Shown: positions 34,492-42,799, counted from the stretch's first letter. The stretch: 64,000 nucleotides of DNA from a bacterium (GCA_049647125.1 JBARXC010000082.1:26476-90475), one strand, 5' to 3'. Notes: generated by a model from the letters alone, not told the origin. Program-made: numbers and translations.

Positions 34492-35445
34492 TTAATCCTC
34501 CTCACGCAGATAGATTTCCCGTTCTAGATACGGGTGGTAATCACTCCACTCCTTTTCCATCCCTTTATTTTTCTTCCTTTCGCTCATCATAATTTCAACC
34601 TTGGAATCCAGATTATCGATAAAGTGCAGAACTAGTGCTTCTAAAAACTTCGGTTGTTTAGGCGACCCCCATTCGTATTCGCCGTGGTGTGACAGTATCA
34701 TGTGCAACAACCTGAGTCTCAAAGACTCGGGGAAATCAGGGATTTGCTTAATCCTTTCGGCAACAAGCTCATAACCTATGACAATATGACCCAACATTCT
34801 TCCCGGTGTGGAGAAATCAAGTCTTCGGGCATAAATGTATTCATAGACCTTGCCGATATCGTGCAGGATACCCGCGGTGATTAATAAATCACGGTTAAGA
34901 GCTTCATACACAGTTTTAATTTTATCCGCTAACCTCAGAACGTTACGGGTGTGAACGACCAGACCACCGAGATAGGCATGGTGAACCCGTTTTGCGGCCG
35001 GCGCACGCTTGAATTTTTCAATGAGTTCCTTGTCGCCAAAGAAGGCATCCAGCAACTGCTTAAGGTGCGTATCTTTAACTTGCTTGCGAAAGTTTTCTAT
35101 CTCTTCAAAGGCATGGTTTATGTCCTCATCTGCCTGAGGAAGAAAATCTTCAGGTTCTGTTTCGTTTTCAGGAACGCGTTTTATTGAATTGACAACGATC
35201 TGTAGACGGTCGTTATACTCATTTACATTGCCAACAACAAAAACAAAATCACCCGCCGAGAGTACATTGATGTCTTCAACTGTATTATCCCACGCAATAC
35301 CCTCAATACTTCCGCTGCGGTCAGTAAATTCAAGGACTGCGTATGCCCCGCCGCCTTTTTTGTCTTTGATCGATTTCCTTGAAAGGACAAAAACTTCTTT
35401 GACGGTTTGACCTGATTCCAGTCCTTCGACGTATTGACTTTTCAT
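34492..35445 (-). CDS. OB-fold + HD-domain nuclease (YhaM-like 3'-5' exoribonuclease)
   Basis: N-terminal OB fold (AVLEFTDRSGSIEGIAWD...VFVVGNVNEYNDRLQIVV). HD domain (HHAYLGGLVVHT, LHDIGK, SHHGEYEWGSP). Confidence 0.7.
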   Translation of the reverse strand: MKSQYVEGLESGQTVKEVFVLSRKSIKDKKGGGAYAVLEFTDRSGSIEGIAWDNTVEDINVLSAGDFVFVVGNVNEYNDRLQIVVNSIKRVPENETEPEDFLPQADEDINHAFEEIENFRKQVKDTHLKQLLDAFFGDKELIEKFKRAPAAKRVHHAYLGGLVVHTRNVLRLADKIKTVYEALNRDLLITAGILHDIGKVYEYIYARRLDFSTPGRMLGHIVIGYELVAERIKQIPDFPESLRLRLLHMILSHHGEYEWGSPKQPKFLEALVLHFIDNLDSKVEIMMSERKKNKGMEKEWSDYHPYLEREIYLREED

Positions 35446-35507
35446 CTTACAGCAGATTCAACCCGGCAAATGAGTTTGTTTTGTTATCACAGCAGTCAGC
35501 GTGTAGA

Positions 35508-36503
35508 TTATTTCTTAGGTGTCTCCAGATGGAGAATTTTTTTCTTTATCAAATCCAGTTTTTCGTGTAGGGTGCATTCCTCTTTTTTCTCCGCCTCAAG
35601 GGCACTGCGCACCTCTTCTCGCTTTTGTGATAGCAAAGAAACCTCTTTATTCAACCTTTGTTCCTCTTCCTTTTGCTTTCCCAATCGACTAAGTATTGCC
35701 GCTTCAGTCTCCTTCAGTTTCTCAATAGACTGCATGACTGGGTTCTCTTCAATCTCTCGTTTTTTGGCATTGTAGTCATCTTGCAGTTGTTGTAGAGATT
35801 TTTTTATCTCGTTTGTTTTGCTTTGCAATTCATCGAATTCCTGCTGGGCACTTTGCTGTTCTTTTTTCAACGATTCAATCTTGGGCGAGAAAACCTCCTC
35901 TTGCCGTTCGTTTATATTCTCAACTATCTTCGCCTCCAAATTCCGTTGCATTGAGAACATGATAATAAAGACGATAATCGCTAACACAATACCAACCGCG
36001 AGAACAATCGGGCTTGAATCTGCAGCCACTTTGATTGCTGGAATATTAGGTTTCGCCCCAAAATAAAGTGCGCCAACTTGCGTCTTGCCAACTTTGATGC
36101 TGAACCCACCCTCAAATAGACCGTTGTTCTTTTTCACAATACTCGAACCTGATTTGAGAAGGGTTGAGCTATAGATTTTATCGATGCTTTTAGGGTCACT
36201 TGATGCGATGACTTTGTTTTTTGCATCGGTGAAGTGAATATATATCAACTCTGGTTCATCGCGACGGAAGCGGGTAATTATTTCGTTCAGATTGCCAGCT
36301 TCTTCCATAATAATCGCATCTTCAACAAAAGTGGCGTGGGCTATCAAATTACCAACATCGATGAATCTTCTTATCAGCACTTCTTTTACAGCTGTGTCAC
36401 CGCCGGTTGTTTCCGAAACCAGAAACTTAGGACTAAAGAAAAAGAAAACTGAAAGAAGAACGATTAGGACGCAGGGAATTATCGCAAAACTTATTTTTGA
36501 CAT
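35508..36503 (-). CDS. Bitopic/double-TM membrane protein with periplasmic sensor-like domain and cytoplasmic coiled coil (hypothetical)
   Basis: TM1 at residues ~5-25, a ~140-aa extracytoplasmic segment, TM2 (IVLAVGIVLAIIVFIIMF), then ~150 aa of heptad-rich K/E/Q sequence. No recognisable enzymatic output domain. Confidence 0.4.
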   Translation of the reverse strand: MSKISFAIIPCVLIVLLSVFFFFSPKFLVSETTGGDTAVKEVLIRRFIDVGNLIAHATFVEDAIIMEEAGNLNEIITRFRRDEPELIYIHFTDAKNKVIASSDPKSIDKIYSSTLLKSGSSIVKKNNGLFEGGFSIKVGKTQVGALYFGAKPNIPAIKVAADSSPIVLAVGIVLAIIVFIIMFSMQRNLEAKIVENINERQEEVFSPKIESLKKEQQSAQQEFDELQSKTNEIKKSLQQLQDDYNAKKREIEENPVMQSIEKLKETEAAILSRLGKQKEEEQRLNKEVSLLSQKREEVRSALEAEKKEECTLHEKLDLIKKKILHLETPKK

Positions 36504-37355
36504 CTATCCTCCTAGGCTCACAGACAATCTATGACACCCCCCAAGATCAAAATAAGGGGAATAAGTATAGTCAATGCAGAGCGCTTTTGTTCTTAGCGAA
36601 AAGCCAGCAGTCAGTCCGGCAAGAAACTCCAGACCACTACTTTCGGTTCTTATCGATGAAAGGAGTGTATTATATGATGCCTTCAACTCAAGATTAGGCA
36701 CAACTGAATACCCTCCTCCGATTCTAATACCGAAATCCATCAAGGCTGGTTTTACAATATCCAGTCCAAGCCATGCATCAGTAAATCGTTTCACACCACC
36801 AACATTGACTTCATAAGGAAACATCTCTGAAGTTTCAATAAATGGCTTCACCCCTGAACCGATGTTCTTGACGGCAAAGCCAACTTGAACATCGGGTTCT
36901 TCCCAGAGGTACATCGTGCCGAGATCAATACCTGCACCCAAGGAATACAGCGTATCAATCTTGGCATATACGGCCTTTATTGATACCCCAATTGCGACAT
37001 TTCTATAGAAGAATCCTTTACCCACATTGAGATCTATGAAATGAACGCCAAAACTACCGTGTTCAGCACCCCACTCATCGGTTTTTTTTATTTGCCCACC
37101 ATAAAAATATTTAATACCTAAACCAAGCTGATTTTTTTCATAGCCCAAATAGCCAAAATGGGTATCACCAATATATGACAGATATGAAGTTGAATAAAAT
37201 GAACCGTAGTTATATGCTAAGCCGGCTGGATTATAGCTCACACTGTAACCATCCCCGAACTGTGCATAGCCCATACCGACCCGATGCGCGATCGGATCAA
37301 CCAGCAGATGTTCAAACCCGATATTAGCTGTCAGTAGTAAAATAAGTGTTAACAT
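36504..37355 (-). CDS. PorV/PorQ-like outer-membrane beta-barrel protein
   Basis: 283 aa with alternating beta-strand pattern. N-terminal GMGYAQFGDGYSVSYNPAGLAY (NPAGLA motif). Stop abuts the start of the downstream gene. Confidence 0.5.
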   Translation of the reverse strand: MLTLILLLTANIGFEHLLVDPIAHRVGMGYAQFGDGYSVSYNPAGLAYNYGSFYSTSYLSYIGDTHFGYLGYEKNQLGLGIKYFYGGQIKKTDEWGAEHGSFGVHFIDLNVGKGFFYRNVAIGVSIKAVYAKIDTLYSLGAGIDLGTMYLWEEPDVQVGFAVKNIGSGVKPFIETSEMFPYEVNVGGVKRFTDAWLGLDIVKPALMDFGIRIGGGYSVVPNLELKASYNTLLSSIRTESSGLEFLAGLTAGFSLRTKALCIDYTYSPYFDLGGCHRLSVSLGG

Positions 37356-37396
37356 TAAACCTCCAACGGAAAATTATAACAACAATTACAATAAAG

Positions 37397-37810
37397 TCAA
37401 GCATTTTCTGATTTTACAATTTCTACAATGTTCGGCAGCAACTTCCCTCGCTTACGAAAGTAAGTATCCATGATCTTAGCAAACACCAAGCCCAAAGCAA
37501 AGCCGACAAGCCCTGATATGACCATATACCACCCTGCACGCCGGGTAGTAATGAGCATAGCGATTAAACCCAGCAGGATCGGAAATACAAAGAGGAAAAA
37601 GACCGCAATCATGCTTTGCTTTGCTGATGTCTCCACGTAAACCTCATCACCAACGACTGCTCCAATCCTGTTATCTGCCTCCATAATCATGATTTTACCA
37701 GAAGGACGACAAACCCCGCAAGACGGGCAACTCTTACATGCTTCACTCGGTTCAATACTGATTTTTGCGATAGAACCTGTCATTTCGAAGACTTTCCCTT
37801 TTTCTCTCAC
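37397..37810 (-). CDS. RseC/MucC-family (SoxR-reducing system) protein
   Basis: 137 aa. N-terminal soluble domain with CKSCPSCGVC, followed by two TM helices. GTG start. Confidence 0.6.
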   Translation of the reverse strand: MREKGKVFEMTGSIAKISIEPSEACKSCPSCGVCRPSGKIMIMEADNRIGAVVGDEVYVETSAKQSMIAVFFLFVFPILLGLIAMLITTRRAGWYMVISGLVGFALGLVFAKIMDTYFRKRGKLLPNIVEIVKSENA

Positions 37811-37872
37811 TGAAATAGTATATATTTATTGAACATCGTGTCAATAAGCTATATCCTCATACTCCTTTCGCC

Positions 37873-37900
37873 TTGACATTGAGAAACAGATAACTATAAT
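37873..37900 (+). promoter_or_regulatory. Sigma70-type promoter upstream of the second PorV-like gene
   Basis: TTGACA (37873-37878) - 16 nt - TATAAT (37895-37900). Leader with GGGAGG SD. Confidence 0.55.
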
Positions 37901-37924
37901 CTTTAAGTGTTAGGGAGGTTTTTT

Positions 37925-38935
37925 ATGCGCAAAGTATTTTTATTGGTGCTTCTTTTTAGCACCATGCTGACCGGTCAACGACGTCCTGGAGCTGTCTTCC
38001 TCCTAATTTGGCCTGGAGCAAGACCTACTGCATTAGCCGGTTCATTTGCAGCAATCGCTGATGATCCAACTGCTTGTTATTATAACCAAGCAGGGCTTGC
38101 CTTTATCGAAAATACCATGATAACGCTCCAGCACGCAAATTGGTTACCCGCCCTGCAATCTGATATGTACTATGAATTTATCGGCGTTGCCAAACCATTT
38201 AAGTTTGGAACCCTTGGTTTCAATATAATCTACTTGACTACGGGTAAAACCCAGGTAGTCGATCCAGAAGGAACACACCTCGGTGAATATACAACATTCG
38301 ACATCTCAATCGGGTTCAACTACGGCTTTAAATTAAACTCGAAACTCGGCTTGGGTTTAGGTTGGAAAATCATCTATTCGTACCTTGTGCCAGAATGGGT
38401 ACTTGTAAAAATGCCTGGCCTGGGAATTGATAAAGGCGGCACTGGACTTATTTATGCCTTTGACAGCGGCGTGCTCTACAAACCTTTTGAATTTGTCTCT
38501 CTTGCTGGTGCACTGCAGAATATAGGACCCGATATCAGCTATTCAGAAAGTGGTTCTTCAGATCCATTGCCTTATACGATGAGGTTAGCGGCGAAATTTG
38601 ACCCTGTGCAAACCAGGGTTGTGCACATTACCTTAACCGCCGAAGTCACCAAGATACTCGTTGGTATGTTTGCCCAGGAAGATAATTCGTTCTTTGAAAA
38701 TCTTAAGTACGAACTCGAAGAGGCGTGGAAATCAATCGGCCTGGAAATAGATTATTACAATTTTATAAAGCTGCGTGGCGGCTACTTCTATGACAAAGAA
38801 GGTGCAAGGAAAGGATTCACGTTTGGCGGTGGTATACGGGCTGGCGGGTTCTCGCTTGATGTCGGAGTCGACCAAGCCATTTATGATTTCCAAACATCAA
38901 ACCGTAAATTTTCTTTAACCTACCGTTTCAAATAA
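37925..38935 (+). CDS. PorV/PorQ-like outer-membrane beta-barrel protein
   Basis: Signal peptide. ARPTALAGSFAAIADDPTACYYNQAGLAF motif. Beta-strand periodicity. Ends ...FSLTYRFK. ATG at 37925 after the SD is preferred over the track start at 37907. Confidence 0.5.
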   Translation: MRKVFLLVLLFSTMLTGQRRPGAVFLLIWPGARPTALAGSFAAIADDPTACYYNQAGLAFIENTMITLQHANWLPALQSDMYYEFIGVAKPFKFGTLGFNIIYLTTGKTQVVDPEGTHLGEYTTFDISIGFNYGFKLNSKLGLGLGWKIIYSYLVPEWVLVKMPGLGIDKGGTGLIYAFDSGVLYKPFEFVSLAGALQNIGPDISYSESGSSDPLPYTMRLAAKFDPVQTRVVHITLTAEVTKILVGMFAQEDNSFFENLKYELEEAWKSIGLEIDYYNFIKLRGGYFYDKEGARKGFTFGGGIRAGGFSLDVGVDQAIYDFQTSNRKFSLTYRFK

Positions 38936-38954
38936 ATCTATCAAATCTGAGACT

Positions 38955-39917
38955 ATGATTCTCATTACTGGCGCAACTGGTTTTATCGGCAAAAACTTAG
39001 TCCCGGTACTTGCCAAGTACGGTAGACTGAGAATCCTTGTCCGTCGAACTTCAAATATTGATCTCTTCAAGGAAAAACCGAATATCGACATCGCTTTTGG
39101 TGATATCGAAAAAGGAATAGGCATCGACGATGCATTACAAAACATTGACATGGTCATCCACGCTGCGGCAAGAACTATGGGCAAGAACTACCTTGAATAC
39201 TACCAGACAAATGTCCTCGGTACGCTTAATGTAATAAGAGCGATGAAACAGAAGGGTGTTAAGAAAATTCTCTTCCTCAGCTCTCATGCTGCCTGCGGAC
39301 CCAGCCCAGACAAAACTGTGCTAACGGAAAGTGCGAATCCAAAACCGATTTCACTCTACGGCCGCACAAAACACATTGCAGAAAATATCGTGAGAAGAAG
39401 CTCTCTTGATTATGTCATACTGAGGCCGGTAGCAGTTTTTGGACCGTATGATACGGATGTGCTTCGCTATATTAAATATGTCACAAGGTCCATTTTCCCA
39501 TTTATTGGCGGTGGAGAAAAGTATCTAAACCTTATTTATGTAGAGGATCTGGTTCAAACGATACTGGGAATTATACAATCTAAGACATTCAACGACCGCA
39601 TTTATTTCTTGAATGACGGAGTGCAATACACATTACACGGCTTGCTCGACAAAATCGCCAGCCTACTCAACAAAAGCACATATCAAATATGCATTCCAAA
39701 ACCTATCGCGATGCTCTATGGTCTCGCCAACGATGTATTCTTACCCGCACGGAAAAGGGCTGTTTGGCGTGACAAAATTAGAGAATTAAGCCAGAAATAT
39801 TGGCTTTGCAGCAATGAACGAATAACTGCCGAGCTCAACTTCCACGCCAATTTCACGTTTGACCAGGCAATAGAAAAAACCTTAAGATGGTACAAGAACA
39901 ACGGATTCTTAGACTAA
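38955..39917 (+). CDS. NAD-dependent epimerase/dehydratase (extended SDR)
   Basis: ILITGATGFIGKNL Rossmann motif. Catalytic YGRTK (YxxxK). Confidence 0.8.
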   Translation: MILITGATGFIGKNLVPVLAKYGRLRILVRRTSNIDLFKEKPNIDIAFGDIEKGIGIDDALQNIDMVIHAAARTMGKNYLEYYQTNVLGTLNVIRAMKQKGVKKILFLSSHAACGPSPDKTVLTESANPKPISLYGRTKHIAENIVRRSSLDYVILRPVAVFGPYDTDVLRYIKYVTRSIFPFIGGGEKYLNLIYVEDLVQTILGIIQSKTFNDRIYFLNDGVQYTLHGLLDKIASLLNKSTYQICIPKPIAMLYGLANDVFLPARKRAVWRDKIRELSQKYWLCSNERITAELNFHANFTFDQAIEKTLRWYKNNGFLD

Positions 39918-39928
39918 TCGCGGTGCTC

Positions 39929-39956
39929 TTGACAAGGACTTGTATATAGTTATAAT
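39929..39956 (+). promoter_or_regulatory. Sigma70-type promoter upstream of the NusG-paralog gene
   Basis: TTGACA (39929-39934) - 16 nt - TATAAT (39951-39956). ~65-nt AT-rich leader. Confidence 0.55.
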
Positions 39957-40021
39957 CACTAAATAATAATAGGTTTTATAGGCATTTGTCGTTAATTATT
40001 AACTTATAACAAAGGAAAAAA

Positions 40022-40513
40022 ATGAGCTGGTATGCAGCATATACCCGTTGTAATCATGAGAAGATTGTAAAAAAACTCCTCAAAGAAAAAGATGTCGTTA
40101 CTTTTCTTCCTCAGATTATTGTGCCGAGCAGACGTAGAGATCGAAAAATACTCATCAAGCGTCCTCTCTTTCCGAATTATCTCTTTGTTGAACTCAATGA
40201 AGCTCATGAGACCTGGATGAAAGTCTTCCGCACGCCCGGCCTCGTACGAATATGCGGTAATGACCGCCCAATGCCAATACCTGATGAAGATATTGAATCA
40301 ATAAGAATTTTTATTAACAGCGACCGCAACCTTTATCCTTTGTCATGTCTTAAAATCGGTTCAAGGGTTCAGGTAATCTCTGGACCGCTGACCGGCGCGA
40401 TTGGCATACTTGTCAAAGAAAGCCATAAGAAAAGAAGGCTCGTTGTGTCACTCGAATTGATGGGTCAATCAGTAGCCGCTACTTTGTTTGACGACGAAAT
40501 AAAACCGTATTAG
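40022..40513 (+). CDS. NusG-family paralog (UpxY/RfaH-like transcription antiterminator)
   Basis: NGN domain start WYAAYTRCNHEK...LFPNYLFVEL. KOW motif GSRVQVISGPLTGAIGILVK. Confidence 0.7.
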   Translation: MSWYAAYTRCNHEKIVKKLLKEKDVVTFLPQIIVPSRRRDRKILIKRPLFPNYLFVELNEAHETWMKVFRTPGLVRICGNDRPMPIPDEDIESIRIFINSDRNLYPLSCLKIGSRVQVISGPLTGAIGILVKESHKKRRLVVSLELMGQSVAATLFDDEIKPY

Positions 40514-40520
40514 TAAAATT

Positions 40521-40569
40521 CCAAAAACCAAATCCCAAATCCCAAACAAATTTCAAATGACTAATGACC
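40521..40569. repeat. Heptad-phased microsatellite-like tract
   Basis: Seven consecutive 7-nt units: ccaaaaa ccaaatc ccaaatc ccaaaca aatttca aatgact aatgacc. Confidence 0.7.
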
Positions 40570-40592
40570 GAAATTTAAAAAAAACTGTCACG

Positions 40593-40616
40593 GTAGTCGC
40601 CCGATTCATCGGGCAG
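40593..40616. repeat. Small hairpin element (copy 1 of 2)
   Basis: gtagtcGCCCGAttcaTCGGGCag: 6-bp stem plus tetraloop. 19/24 nt identical to 46217-46240, including one compensatory base-pair change. Confidence 0.5.
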
Positions 40617-40770
40617 TTACTAGGTAACTAAGTTATTAAGTCATTAACGACTTACACCGTACTCTCTACGCCTTACACTCTTGTCCCTTGGTTCTTGTTA
40701 TTTGCTTTTTGTTCCGTTTCTCCGATACTTACTTTGCCATTTGGCTCTTGCTTCTTGTAATCCCTGCTAT

Positions 40771-41763
40771 TTAGTGGTATGCTTTAATGCCTATCTTGTC
40801 GTAAACTTCAGCCATGGTCGCAGTGGCGATCTTTTTTGCCTTTTTGTGACCATCGTTTAATACTTCGTAAATATAATCTTTTTTACTACGCAATCCCCTT
40901 TGTTTATTTTGAATAGGTTCTAATTCCTTATACATATTGTCCAGAAGGATTTTCTTACAATCGAGACAACCAATCCCTGCAGTGCGGCATCCATGTGTAC
41001 AATGTTCTATATCTTCCTGCTTAGAAAATGCCTTGTGCATAGTAAAGATATTACAAATATCAGGGTTTCCCGGATCAGTTTTCTTCTTTCTGTTTGTATC
41101 CGTGACCGCAGTTGAAAGCTTCTTCCAAATCTCTTCTTTAGTTTCATCAAGGTATATACAGTTACCAAGGCTTTTACTCATTTTATTCACACCATCGAGC
41201 CCCAGAATTCGTGAAATTTCACCAAGTTTTGCCTTTGGTTCTGGAAAAATCTGTCCAAAAGTTGAATTGAATCTTCTAACTATCTCTCGTGTTAATTCCA
41301 AGTGTGCAACCTGGTCATCACCGACCGGCACAACATGTGACTTATAAAGAATAATGTCTGCTGCCATAAGTGCTGGATAATCCAATAACCCCATATTCAC
41401 ATAGTCGGGATTTTCCTTGCTTTTTTCTTTAAAAGTTGGGACTCTTGAAAGCCATGAGATCGGCGTTATTGTGTTTAATATCCATGCAAGTTCAGTATGT
41501 GCTGAAACCGTTGATTGCAACATCAATATGCTTTTTTCAGGGTCAATACCAGCAGCAAGATAATCAACCGCGGCGCTGAATATTCTCTGCTCCATTTCCT
41601 TTGGGTTAAAGCGTACAGTCATTGCATGGTAATCAACAATGCCGTAAATACAAGAATAATCATCCTGGAGTGCAATCATATTCTTCATTGCACCGACATA
41701 ATTCCCAATATGCAACCTACCTGAAGGTTGAATACCGCTAAAAACCTTTTTCTTCTCTGACAT
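40771..41763 (-). CDS. trpS: Tryptophan--tRNA ligase with Cys cluster in the anticodon-binding domain
   Basis: HIGN (GRLHIGNY) and KMSKS motifs. Cys239/257/261/268/271 cluster. ATG at 41763 preferred over the TTG at 41769. Confidence 0.95.
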   Translation of the reverse strand: MSEKKKVFSGIQPSGRLHIGNYVGAMKNMIALQDDYSCIYGIVDYHAMTVRFNPKEMEQRIFSAAVDYLAAGIDPEKSILMLQSTVSAHTELAWILNTITPISWLSRVPTFKEKSKENPDYVNMGLLDYPALMAADIILYKSHVVPVGDDQVAHLELTREIVRRFNSTFGQIFPEPKAKLGEISRILGLDGVNKMSKSLGNCIYLDETKEEIWKKLSTAVTDTNRKKKTDPGNPDICNIFTMHKAFSKQEDIEHCTHGCRTAGIGCLDCKKILLDNMYKELEPIQNKQRGLRSKKDYIYEVLNDGHKKAKKIATATMAEVYDKIGIKAYH

Positions 41764-41769
41764 GGTCAA

Positions 41770-41797
41770 ATAATAGTCAAAAAGAAAATGAAGTCAA
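41770..41797 (-). promoter_or_regulatory. Sigma70-type promoter (leaderless geometry) for trpS
   Basis: Minus strand: TTGACT (41797-41792) - 16 nt - TATTAT (41775-41770). 6 nt to the ATG at 41763, with no SD. Confidence 0.5.
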
Positions 41798-41814
41798 TAC
41801 GATTGCGGGACCCC

Positions 41815-41842
41815 TTGACAGCACCTAAATTACTCTTATAAT
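41815..41842 (+). promoter_or_regulatory. Sigma70-type promoter for the T9SS repeat-protein gene
   Basis: TTGACA (41815-41820) - 16 nt - TATAAT (41837-41842). GAGGAGG SD before the TTG start at 41861. Confidence 0.55.
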
Positions 41843-41860
41843 TATAACAGAGGAGGTGGA

Positions 41861-42742
41861 TTGAAGATAATTTGTGCAAAGGCATTAATACATATTTATT
41901 CCTTTCTACTTCTTACTTCCTACTTCTCACTTATCTATGCCCAGGCACCTGATACACTTTGGACAAAGATATATGGCGGAGTAGAACATGATTGTGGCTA
42001 TTCAGTCCAGCAAACAACAGATAAAGGATATATTGTTACAGGATATACAGGCTCATTTGGTGCAGGTGGTGGTGATGTTTATCTAATAATGACCGATTCA
42101 TTGGGTGATACGCTCTGGACAAAAACATATGGAGGGGTCGACTCAGAGGGTGGCTTTTCAGTTCAGCAAACAACTGACAAGGGATATATCATCACAGGCA
42201 GAACAGAATCATTTGGTGCCGGTTCATATGATGTATATATTATAAAAACCGATAGTCTGGGTGACACGCTTTGGACAAAGACATGTGGTGGTATTGAGGA
42301 TGATGAGGGTCGTTCAGTCAAGCAGACTACTGATGGCGGATACATTATTGCTGGGCATACATGGTCTTTTGGTGCAGGTTACTGGGATGTTTATCTTATA
42401 CGGTTAGGTCCTGACACCTTAGGGATTGAAGAGACCGCACGACGCTCTATGCTCAGCGCCTTACGCTTGCAGGTCTATCCAAATCCGTTTCGACAAAAGA
42501 TACAAATTAGATACATGATGCAAGATACAGAATGCAGGATACAAAATTTTTCTCTGAAAATATATGATGTCGATGGAAAGTTGATTAAGATATTAGTGAA
42601 TCAACAACAAGAAGCGGGTTATTATGTGGAAACTTGGGACGGGCGAGATAAGAACAACAAAAAAGTTTCCAATGGCATCTACTTCCTAAGGTTTGAAGCT
42701 ACGGATTACAGCGAAACGAGGAAATTGCTATTGATAAGGTAA
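41861..42742 (+). CDS. Secreted repeat protein with T9SS (Por) C-terminal sorting domain
   Basis: Signal peptide. Three ~51-aa repeats (DTLWTKTYGG....G.SVQQTTDKGYIITG.T.SFGAG..DVY.I.TDSLG). C-terminal LQVYPNPFRQ...NGIYFLRFEATDYSETRKLLLIR. Confidence 0.6.
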   Translation: MKIICAKALIHIYSFLLLTSYFSLIYAQAPDTLWTKIYGGVEHDCGYSVQQTTDKGYIVTGYTGSFGAGGGDVYLIMTDSLGDTLWTKTYGGVDSEGGFSVQQTTDKGYIITGRTESFGAGSYDVYIIKTDSLGDTLWTKTCGGIEDDEGRSVKQTTDGGYIIAGHTWSFGAGYWDVYLIRLGPDTLGIEETARRSMLSALRLQVYPNPFRQKIQIRYMMQDTECRIQNFSLKIYDVDGKLIKILVNQQQEAGYYVETWDGRDKNNKKVSNGIYFLRFEATDYSETRKLLLIR

Positions 42743-42758
42743 GACATCATTGTTAAAA

Positions 42759-42799
42759 ATAAGGGGAGCGATCTAAACCACTCCCCTTATTTTCTTCTT
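42759..42799 (+). terminator. Rho-independent terminator
   Basis: Perfect 10-bp stem ataaggggag/ctccccttat (extendable to 13 bp), 12-nt loop, then tttcttctt. Lies 17 nt after the stop at 42742. Confidence 0.65.

Noticed and set aside
40514-40770. Checked for a tRNA or other known small RNA gene
   Set aside because: There is no acceptor/T-arm (GTTCRANYC) pattern or cloverleaf, only small independent hairpins.
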